From the sequence record SRR2962707_927: a stretch of 38,967 nucleotides of DNA. One strand, given 5' to 3'. The notes beneath the pieces were generated by a model. That model was not told where the DNA came from and ran no database searches. It saw only the letters and a program-made list of their open reading frames with translations. Positions 31,903 to 38,967 of the stretch are shown here, piece by piece; within the stretch, counting starts at the first letter, position 1; each line of letters starts with the position of its first letter. The position numbers and the translations under genes were made by a program.

Positions 31903-33156
31903 ATGCAGGTATGTGTATTAGGTGCTGGTATCGTTGGGTTAACCTCAGCTTACTATTTGGCAAAGAAAGGCTATCAAGTGACGGTTATTGATCGTCAGCC
32001 TGGTGTAGCACTAGAGACTAGCTTTGCGAATGCTGGGCAAATCTCTCCTGGTTATTCTGCCCCTTGGGCTGCGCCGGGTGTGCCATTGAAAGCCATTAAA
32101 TGGCTGATGCAAAAACACGCTCCTTTTAAAATCAGTGCTGAACCTGAAATGAAGAAGCTTATCTGGATGGGTCAAATGCTGGCCAACTGTACAGAGAAGG
32201 CTTATGACGTGAATAAATCACGCATGATGGCGCTGGCTGAATACAGTCGAGATCAATTCATTGAAATCCGCAAAGAAATTGGAATTCAATACGATGGCGG
32301 TCAAGGCGGCACGACTCAATTGTTCCGTAAAGACGCTCAAGTAGAAGCTTCTGAAAAAGACATAAAAGTACTGCAAGCGTTGAATGTGCCGCATCAAGTA
32401 CTGACGCCTGCCGACATTTTAAAAGTGGAGCCAGGATTGGCACCTGTCATCGATCAGTTTAAAGGCGGGTTGCGCCTACTGGGCGATGAAACAGGCGATT
32501 GCTTTATGTTTTGTCAGGAATTGAAGAAGCATTGTGATGACATGGGTGTCACATTTAAATTCAATACCTCAATTGATAAATTGGTGGTTGAAAGTGGCAA
32601 GCTGCGTGCGGTGAAAACAGACCAAGGTGATTTAACCTTTGATAAAGTATTGGTTTGCATGGGCAGCTACTCTAAAGAGTTGTTAAAAGCGATCGACATT
32701 TCTGTGCCCATTTACCCAGTAAAAGGCTACTCCTTAACCGTACCAATCACAGACAGCCAGTTTGCTCCAACATCCACCGTAATGGATGAAACCTATAAGG
32801 TGGCAGTGACGCGTTTAGGCGGCCGAATTCGTGCGGCAGGAACGGCTGAGTTGAATGGCTTCAATTTAGAGTTGCCAAAAGTACGAACGGAAACCATTAC
32901 CCACGTGGTACGTGAGCTGTTTAACCAAGGCTGTGATCTTGCAGAAGCGGAATACTGGACAGGTTTGCGTCCAAACACACCAGACGGTACGCCGATTGTT
33001 GGTGCCAGTGGTATTGCTGGTCTGTATTTGAATACAGGTCACGGAACACTAGGTTGGACAATGAGTTGCGGCTCAGCGGCAGTGATTGCTGATATCATGT
33101 CAGATGACAAAACAGCTATCGATTCACAAGACCTATCTATTAAACGTTATAAGTAA
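31903..33156 (+). CDS. dadA: D-amino acid dehydrogenase
   Basis: VLGAGIVG, ETSFANAGQISPGY..PWAAPG, DETGDC, YPVKGYS, GLRP.TPDG, NTGHGTLGWTM. Start moved to ATG 31903. Confidence 0.96.
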   Translation: MQVCVLGAGIVGLTSAYYLAKKGYQVTVIDRQPGVALETSFANAGQISPGYSAPWAAPGVPLKAIKWLMQKHAPFKISAEPEMKKLIWMGQMLANCTEKAYDVNKSRMMALAEYSRDQFIEIRKEIGIQYDGGQGGTTQLFRKDAQVEASEKDIKVLQALNVPHQVLTPADILKVEPGLAPVIDQFKGGLRLLGDETGDCFMFCQELKKHCDDMGVTFKFNTSIDKLVVESGKLRAVKTDQGDLTFDKVLVCMGSYSKELLKAIDISVPIYPVKGYSLTVPITDSQFAPTSTVMDETYKVAVTRLGGRIRAAGTAELNGFNLELPKVRTETITHVVRELFNQGCDLAEAEYWTGLRPNTPDGTPIVGASGIAGLYLNTGHGTLGWTMSCGSAAVIADIMSDDKTAIDSQDLSIKRYK

Positions 33157-33168
33157 TAAGGGATAAAG

Positions 33169-34266
33169 ATGGCAAGGCCACTGACTGCAACGATTAATTT
33201 AGATGCCATTCTAAACAACTATCGTTATGCAAAAAAACTACAGCCAACTTGTAAAGCGTTTGCGGTAGTTAAAAGTAATGCTTATGGGCATGGCGCGGTG
33301 GAAGTTGCGCGCTTTTTAGACAAAGAAGTGGATGCCTTTGCCGTGGCTGCAATTGAAGAAGCGTTGGCGCTTCGAGACGCGGGCGTAGAATCTCCAATCA
33401 TGTTGCTTGAAGGTGTCTTCGAAGCAGATGAATGGGCGCTATGTGAGCAGTATGGCTTTTGGGCGGCGCTGGAAAACGCTCAACAATTGTCTGAACTATT
33501 AAGCAGCCAAGTGAACATCGAAAAGGTGTTTGTTAAGCTGGATACTGGAATGCACCGTTTGGGTGTGGACATGGATGGCGCTAACGATTTTGTTGATCAA
33601 TTACGATCATCATGTCAGGTGGGTGAAGTGTTGTTAATGACACACTTTGCCTGTGCGGACGATTTGTCCGATATGGCGACCATGGAACAATTGGCGTATT
33701 TCGAGCGCACTCGACAATTGATTGGTGATATACCTGCCAGTGTGGCGAACTCTGCGGCTATCATGAAATGGAGTGTGCCTGAAGGTGGGTGGATTCGTCC
33801 TGGTATCATGCTATACGGTATTTCTCCGTTTGCTGAAGTCACAGGAACGCAGCTTGGTTTGCAACCAGCGATGACCCTGTCTTCTAAAGTGATGTCGGTA
33901 CGCAGTCTCAAAAAAGGCGATACCGTGGGCTACGGCTATTCTTATGAAGCGCAAGAAGATCATGTGCTAGCCACGGTGGCGGTGGGGTATGGCGATGGAT
34001 ATCCGCGCCATGCAAAAGAAGAGACGCCATTGCAAATCGCAGGGCAATCCGCTTATTTGGCCGGTCGTGTGTCCATGGATATGATCACGGTTAGAATGGC
34101 AGATTATCATTCTGCGCCAGAATTAGGCCAAGAAGTGGTGCTCTGGGGTGGTGATGTCCCGGTTGAACAAGTGGCCGAGTATGCCGATACTATTGGCTAT
34201 GAATTGGTTACTCGAATGACGGCTCGCCCAAAATATCGTTACATTAATAACGACAATTCTCAGTAA
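33169..34266 (+). CDS. alr: Alanine racemase (catabolic DadX-type by position)
   Basis: PLP-lysine motif [49 protein letters not shown]. Confidence 0.95.
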   Translation: MARPLTATINLDAILNNYRYAKKLQPTCKAFAVVKSNAYGHGAVEVARFLDKEVDAFAVAAIEEALALRDAGVESPIMLLEGVFEADEWALCEQYGFWAALENAQQLSELLSSQVNIEKVFVKLDTGMHRLGVDMDGANDFVDQLRSSCQVGEVLLMTHFACADDLSDMATMEQLAYFERTRQLIGDIPASVANSAAIMKWSVPEGGWIRPGIMLYGISPFAEVTGTQLGLQPAMTLSSKVMSVRSLKKGDTVGYGYSYEAQEDHVLATVAVGYGDGYPRHAKEETPLQIAGQSAYLAGRVSMDMITVRMADYHSAPELGQEVVLWGGDVPVEQVAEYADTIGYELVTRMTARPKYRYINNDNSQ

Positions 34267-34272
34267 TTCTAC

Positions 34273-34315
34273 TAAGCAAAAGTGTCTTTTCTGCAGAGAA
34301 AGATACTTTTGCTTA
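34273..34315 (+). terminator. Long hairpin after alr
   Basis: TAAGCAAAAGTGTCTTTT ... AGAAAGATACTTTTGCTTA. Confidence 0.7.
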
Positions 34316-34479
34316 AGTTTTGCGCAAAATAAGCTTAAAATCCCCTCGGTTTCTTTTGAAAACACCTATCCTTTGCGTGTACTATTTTGTGCTTTTCATT
34401 GCACCGAATGGGCTTTTCTATAGACCATTCACGCATTTCAATTCGCCAGACAAATTAAGAGATAGAGACTCATCCAATT

Positions 34480-37098
34480 ATGAAGAGTTCTGAGTTACGC
34501 CAGTCATTTTTATCGTATTTTGAAAACAAGCAGCACCAGATCGTAGAATCAAGCTCGTTGATCCCTGGAAATGATCCGACCTTGTTATTTACCAACGCTG
34601 GTATGGTCCAATTTAAAGACGTTTTCCTTGGTGATGATGTTCGTCCATACACACGAGCGACGACGTCTCAGCGTTGTGTGCGAGCCGGTGGTAAGCATAA
34701 CGACCTTGAAAATGTAGGGTATACCGCACGTCACCATACTTTTTTCGAAATGATGGGTAACTTTAGTTTTGGTGACTACTTTAAGAAAGAAGCCATTAGT
34801 TACGCGTGGGAATTCTTAACGGTTGTGTTGAAGCTGCCGCAAGAGAAATTGTTGGTTACCGTTTACGCAGAAGACGATGAAGCCTACGACTACTGGAATA
34901 AAGTCATTGGTTTGCCTGAAGAGAAAATCATCCGCATTGGTGATAACAAAGGCGGTCGTTACCAGTCTGATAATTTCTGGGCGATGGGCGATACCGGCCC
35001 TTGTGGTCCTTGTTCTGAAGTTTTCTATGATCACGGTGAGCATATTTGGGGTGGGCCTCCAGGTTCTCCAGAAGAAGATGGCGACCGATTCATCGAAATT
35101 TGGAACGTTGTTTTCATGCAGTTTAATCGATCTGCGGACGGCACTATGGCGCCATTGCCAAAACCATCCGTTGATACCGGTATGGGACTAGAGCGTATTG
35201 CGGCGATTTTGCAAGGCGTTCACAGTAACTACGAAATTGATTTGTTCCAAAATTTGATCGCTGCATCTGCGAAAGCCGTTGGTACGGAAGATCTTTCTTC
35301 TAAATCTTTGCAAGTTATTGCCGACCACATTCGCTCATGTTCCTTTATGATCGTGGATGGCGTTATTCCTTCTAACGAAGGTCGCGGTTATGTGCTGCGT
35401 CGTATTATTCGTCGTGCTATTCGTCACGGGAATAAATTGGGTCAAAGTGGTGTCTTTTTCCATACCCTAGTAGAAGCGCTTGATAAAGAGATGGGCGATG
35501 CTTACCCAGAACTTCGTAAGCTAAAAGAGCGTGTTGCCTCTATTTTGCTAAAAGAAGAAGAGCAATTTGCTAAAACGCTTGATCAGGGTATGAAAATCTT
35601 AGAAGACGCGATTGCGAACTTGGGCGATACGAAAGTCATCCCAGGTGAGACCGTATTCAAATTGTACGATACCTTTGGTTTCCCTGCGGATCTGACAAAT
35701 GATGTCGCTCGTGAAAATGGTCTGGAAATCGATGAAGAAGGCTTTGATGCTGCGATGGATGCGCAACGTGCCAGAGCGCGTTCGGCGAGCAACTTTACGA
35801 TGGATATGTCGGGCAGTGTGCAGTTAGATGCGGTGACGGAATTTACTGGTTACAACCAGCTTGAAGATCAGTGTGAAGTGGAAGCAATTTTGCTTGACGG
35901 TGAGTCTGTTGCGTCGATTGAAGCCGGTCAATCTGCTGTGATCGTATTGAAAACAACGCCTTTTTATGGCGAATCCGGTGGCCAGGTTGGCGATCAGGGT
36001 TGGTTGCGTGGACCTGCGGCCTTTAAGGTCTCTAATACAACTAAATTGGCTAAAGCGCACCTTCACCATGGTGAAGTGAAAGAAGGACGTTTGTCTGTTG
36101 GCGATAAGGTCACTGCAGAAGTGGATCGTTCTTTGCGTAATGCAACCACCTTGAACCATTCTGCAACGCATTTGATGCACGAAGCGTTACGGCGTGTGTT
36201 GGGTGATCATGTTACGCAAAAAGGTTCCTTGGTTGATCCTGAGCGCTTGCGTTTCGACTTTTCTCATTTTGAAGGGGTGACCGCCGCTGAGATTGAGCAA
36301 ATCGAAGACATGGTAAACGAGCAGATTCGTTTAAATCGTCCTGTTGAAACCGACATTATGGACATAGAGTCGGCGAAAGCCAAAGGGGCGATGGCCTTGT
36401 TTGGTGAGAAGTATGACGCCGAAGTGCGCGTGCTGACCATGGGGGCGGATTACTCTATTGAATTGTGTGGCGGTACGCATGTTAGTCGTACTGGCGATAT
36501 CGGTTTGTTCAAAATCTTAGTTGAGAATGGTATTGCTGCTGGCGTTCGCCGTATCGAAGCGGTGACAGGCAAAGCGGCTATCGACACCACTCGTCAAACA
36601 GAAGCGGCGTTGTTAAAAGTAGCGTCCTTAGTGAAGGGCAATAAAGAAAATGCTCTAGATAAGGTGGTTGCGTTAAATGAACATGCTCGCGCGCTGCAAA
36701 AGGAGCTGGATGTGTTGAAGGGTAAAATGGCGGCCTTAGCGGGTGCAGATTTAGCCTCTCAAGCTGTGGATATTAACGGTGGTAAGCTGCTGGTTGCGCA
36801 AGTGGATGTGAATGATCCAAAAGAATTGCGTGATTTGCTCGACGAGCTTAAAAGTAAGCTTGAGTCGGCAGTGGTGCTATTGGCATCGGTCAATGACGGC
36901 AAAGTAAGCCTAATTGCTGGTGTGACGAAAGAGTTAACGAAAAAAGTCAAAGCGGGTGACTTGATTAAAATGATAGCGCCTTTGGTTGATGGTAAAGGGG
37001 GCGGTCGCCCTGATATGGCTCAAGCTGGCGGGAATAATCCTGATGCTCTGCCTAGTGCTTTAGCTGCAGTCCCTGAGTGGGTTGCTGAAAGAGTGTAA
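34480..37098 (+). CDS. alaS: Alanine--tRNA ligase
   Basis: [27 protein letters not shown], editing HSATH and [21 protein letters not shown]. Confidence 0.99.
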   Translation: MKSSELRQSFLSYFENKQHQIVESSSLIPGNDPTLLFTNAGMVQFKDVFLGDDVRPYTRATTSQRCVRAGGKHNDLENVGYTARHHTFFEMMGNFSFGDYFKKEAISYAWEFLTVVLKLPQEKLLVTVYAEDDEAYDYWNKVIGLPEEKIIRIGDNKGGRYQSDNFWAMGDTGPCGPCSEVFYDHGEHIWGGPPGSPEEDGDRFIEIWNVVFMQFNRSADGTMAPLPKPSVDTGMGLERIAAILQGVHSNYEIDLFQNLIAASAKAVGTEDLSSKSLQVIADHIRSCSFMIVDGVIPSNEGRGYVLRRIIRRAIRHGNKLGQSGVFFHTLVEALDKEMGDAYPELRKLKERVASILLKEEEQFAKTLDQGMKILEDAIANLGDTKVIPGETVFKLYDTFGFPADLTNDVARENGLEIDEEGFDAAMDAQRARARSASNFTMDMSGSVQLDAVTEFTGYNQLEDQCEVEAILLDGESVASIEAGQSAVIVLKTTPFYGESGGQVGDQGWLRGPAAFKVSNTTKLAKAHLHHGEVKEGRLSVGDKVTAEVDRSLRNATTLNHSATHLMHEALRRVLGDHVTQKGSLVDPERLRFDFSHFEGVTAAEIEQIEDMVNEQIRLNRPVETDIMDIESAKAKGAMALFGEKYDAEVRVLTMGADYSIELCGGTHVSRTGDIGLFKILVENGIAAGVRRIEAVTGKAAIDTTRQTEAALLKVASLVKGNKENALDKVVALNEHARALQKELDVLKGKMAALAGADLASQAVDINGGKLLVAQVDVNDPKELRDLLDELKSKLESAVVLLASVNDGKVSLIAGVTKELTKKVKAGDLIKMIAPLVDGKGGGRPDMAQAGGNNPDALPSALAAVPEWVAERV

Positions 37099-37142
37099 GT
37101 AATATTCGCCCATTGGGCATTTATGTAGGTAAATGAAAGACT

Positions 37143-38384
37143 ATGGCGTTGTTAGTTCAAAAATACGGTGGCACTTCAGTCGGCACAATAGAGCGGATTG
37201 AAGCGGTTGCAGATAGGGTGCATAGGCATAAACAGAATGGCGACGACATTGTAGTAGTCGTTTCTGCTATGAGTGGCGAAACCAATCGGCTTATTGAGCT
37301 TGCAAAAAGCATTGAGTCAGCACCAAGTGCGAGAGAGATGGATGTGCTGCTTTCTACTGGTGAGCAGGTGACCATCGCATTGTTGTCTATGGCCTTAATG
37401 AAGCGCGGAGTTGATGCCCGTTCCTATACTGGATCGCAGGTGCGCATTACAACTGACAACGCTCATGGTAAAGCGCGTATTCAAGAGATTGATACAGACG
37501 CAATGCGAACGGATTTAGACGCTGGGCGTGTCATTGTTGTGGCCGGTTTTCAAGGCGCGGATCAATATGGCAACATAACGACATTAGGTCGAGGTGGTTC
37601 TGATACGACTGGCGTGGCGCTTGCTGCGGCGCTAAAAGCGGATGAGTGCCAAATCTATACCGATGTTGATGGCGTTTATACAACGGATCCACGTGTGGTA
37701 GATAGTGCGCGTCGATTAGAAAAGATTACCTTTGAGGAAATGCTTGAAATGGCAAGCTTAGGCTCAAAGGTGCTGCAAATTCGTGCGGTTGAATTTGCTG
37801 GAAAATACCAAGTGCCCCTTAGGGTTTTGTCTAGTTTTGTTGAAGGTGAAGGTACATTGATTACGACTGAAGGGAATAAGAACATGGAGCAGCCAGCTGT
37901 CTCTGGTATTGCATTTAATCGTGATGAAGCCAAGCTGACATTGAAAGGGGTGCCTGATACTCCAGGTATCGCTGCCCGTATTTTAGGGCCGATCAGTGAT
38001 GCAAACATCGAAGTTGATATGATTGTGCAGAATGTTTCTGCGGATGGTACAACGGATTTCACTTTCACGGCACACCGTAATGACTTTGATAAAGCCTTAG
38101 CCATTCTAGAAGGTATTGAGGGTGAATTAGGCGCTCGTGGGATTCTGACCGATGGGAAGATCGCGAAAGTCTCGATTGTTGGGGTAGGTATGCGCTCTCA
38201 TGCTGGTGTAGCCAGCACTATGTTTAGAGCATTAGCAGGTGAATCTATTAATATTCAGCTGATCTCAACGTCTGAAATCAAAGTCTCTGTGATAATCAAT
38301 GAGAAATACATGGAATTGGCGGTTCGAGCGTTACATTCTGCGTTTAAATTGAGTGATAGTGCAGCCGGTATTAGCGAAGCGTGA
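37143..38384 (+). CDS. lysC: Aspartate kinase (monofunctional, two C-terminal ACT domains)
   Basis: VQKYGGTSV, SAMSG, TTLGRGGSD, TDVDGVYTTDPR, ISTSEIK; alaS-lysC-csrA order. Confidence 0.96.
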   Translation: MALLVQKYGGTSVGTIERIEAVADRVHRHKQNGDDIVVVVSAMSGETNRLIELAKSIESAPSAREMDVLLSTGEQVTIALLSMALMKRGVDARSYTGSQVRITTDNAHGKARIQEIDTDAMRTDLDAGRVIVVAGFQGADQYGNITTLGRGGSDTTGVALAAALKADECQIYTDVDGVYTTDPRVVDSARRLEKITFEEMLEMASLGSKVLQIRAVEFAGKYQVPLRVLSSFVEGEGTLITTEGNKNMEQPAVSGIAFNRDEAKLTLKGVPDTPGIAARILGPISDANIEVDMIVQNVSADGTTDFTFTAHRNDFDKALAILEGIEGELGARGILTDGKIAKVSIVGVGMRSHAGVASTMFRALAGESINIQLISTSEIKVSVIINEKYMELAVRALHSAFKLSDSAAGISEA

Positions 38385-38400
38385 CATTTAGTCACGCTTT
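38377..38400 (+). terminator. Hairpin overlapping the lysC stop
   Basis: AAGCGTGAC-ATTTA-GTCACGCTT-T; short U-tract. Confidence 0.45.
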
Positions 38401-38472
38401 AGTCACAAAGTGATCGCAATATAACCACAAAGTGGGGATGGCTTAATGTGCACCTAAAAGCTACAATTCTTT

Positions 38473-38490
38473 TGTAGGATTTTCCCTACA
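38473..38490. promoter_or_regulatory. GacA/UvrY-box-like palindrome upstream of csrA
   Basis: TGTAGG-ATTTTC-CCTACA, perfect 6-bp arms with a 6-bp spacer. Confidence 0.5.
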
Positions 38491-38544
38491 GCTTGTGTAG
38501 GTTAAATCTAGATAAATTATAAAGGAATTACAGGGAGAAATATT

Positions 38545-38733
38545 ATGCTTATTCTTACTCGACGTGTTGGTGAAGCTTTGATGGTTGGTGATGACGTGTC
38601 AGTCACTGTTCTGGGTGTTAAAGGTAATCAGGTTCGCATTGGTATCAATGCGCCTAAAGATGTCTCTGTGCATCGTGAAGAAATCTACCTTAGAATCCAA
38701 AAAGAACAGGGCGAACAAGATTTAGAAGAATAA
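38545..38733 (+). CDS. csrA: Carbon storage regulator CsrA/RsmA
   Basis: [45 protein letters not shown]. Confidence 0.98.
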   Translation: MLILTRRVGEALMVGDDVSVTVLGVKGNQVRIGINAPKDVSVHREEIYLRIQKEQGEQDLEE

Positions 38734-38747
38734 TTTTAAAAAAAGGG

Positions 38748-38782
38748 TTTACAAAACAAATAAGGCGTATATACTACGCCGC
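38748..38782 (+). promoter_or_regulatory. Stable-RNA-type sigma70 promoter of the tRNA operon
   Basis: TTTACA-16 bp-TATACT, a GC-rich discriminator (ACGCCGC) and an A/T tract upstream. Confidence 0.75.
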
Positions 38783-38790
38783 ACTTGTTT

Positions 38791-38880
38791 GGAGAGTTGG
38801 CCGAGTGGCTGAAGGCGCGCCCCTGCTAAGGGTGTATGGGTTAACACTCATCTAGGGTTCGAATCCCTAACTCTCCGCCA
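38791..38880 (+). tRNA. tRNA-Ser(GCT)
   Basis: Acceptor GGAGAGT/ACTCTCC-GCCA, anticodon loop CT-GCT-AA, long variable arm, T arm TAGGG-TTCGAAT-CCCTA; csrA-serV order. Confidence 0.97.
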
Positions 38881-38940
38881 TTTCAAGTTTGTCCTCTTAA
38901 AGACTATCCTTTTTAAGAAAGACAAGGTTATTTGTAGTGA

Positions 38941-38967
38941 GCACCCGTAGCTCAGCTGGATAGAGTA
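38941..38967 (+). tRNA. 5' part of a tRNA, probably tRNA-Arg(ACG); truncated by the window end
   Basis: GCACCCGTAGCTCAGCTGGATAGAGTA is the typical 5' end and D arm of the Arg tRNA that follows serV; the anticodon is not visible. Confidence 0.8.

Noticed and set aside
1-38967. Mobile element, prophage or defence system
   Set aside because: No transposase, integrase, phage or nuclease-like ORFs; all long ORFs are housekeeping or signalling genes, and the inverted repeats are dissimilar terminator-type hairpins rather than a REP/MITE family

Overview
Mostly core chromosome of a gammaproteobacterium. Gene content and order resemble Oceanospirillales/Pseudomonadales, and the proteins look Marinomonas-like, but that assignment is inference only. 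Order: GluP/FucP sugar permease and a Cache-type chemoreceptor (-); recJ, folD, ygfB-pepP-UbiI-like hydroxylase, an HDOD protein, an RlmI-like methylase; a HAD phosphatase divergent from rppH-ptsP-lgt; an inverted thyA divergent from folA; an NhaP antiporter; ilvD-rlmJ-PAS/degenerate GGDEF (-); an EAL-HDOD protein; fdxA-mutS (-); cinA-recA with a LexA box; an inverted recX; dadA-alr; alaS-lysC-csrA; tRNA-Ser(GCT) and the start of a probable tRNA-Arg. I saw no mobile element, prophage, CRISPR array or defence island. The strongest signal missed by the ORF track is a ~250-nt CsrB/Rsm-type sRNA (about 26019-26270; 17 GGA motifs, intrinsic terminator). It has a GacA/UvrY-like box, three TGTAG half-sites spaced 22 bp apart and a consensus IHF site upstream. 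A symmetric version of the same box (TGTAGG-N6-CCTACA) lies just upstream of csrA, hinting at an unusual Gac-Csr wiring. Other leads: a PAS-GGDEF protein with a dead active site but intact RxxD I-site, a structured leader before nhaP, a possible internal beta-subunit start in lysC, and two single-gene inversions (thyA, recX).
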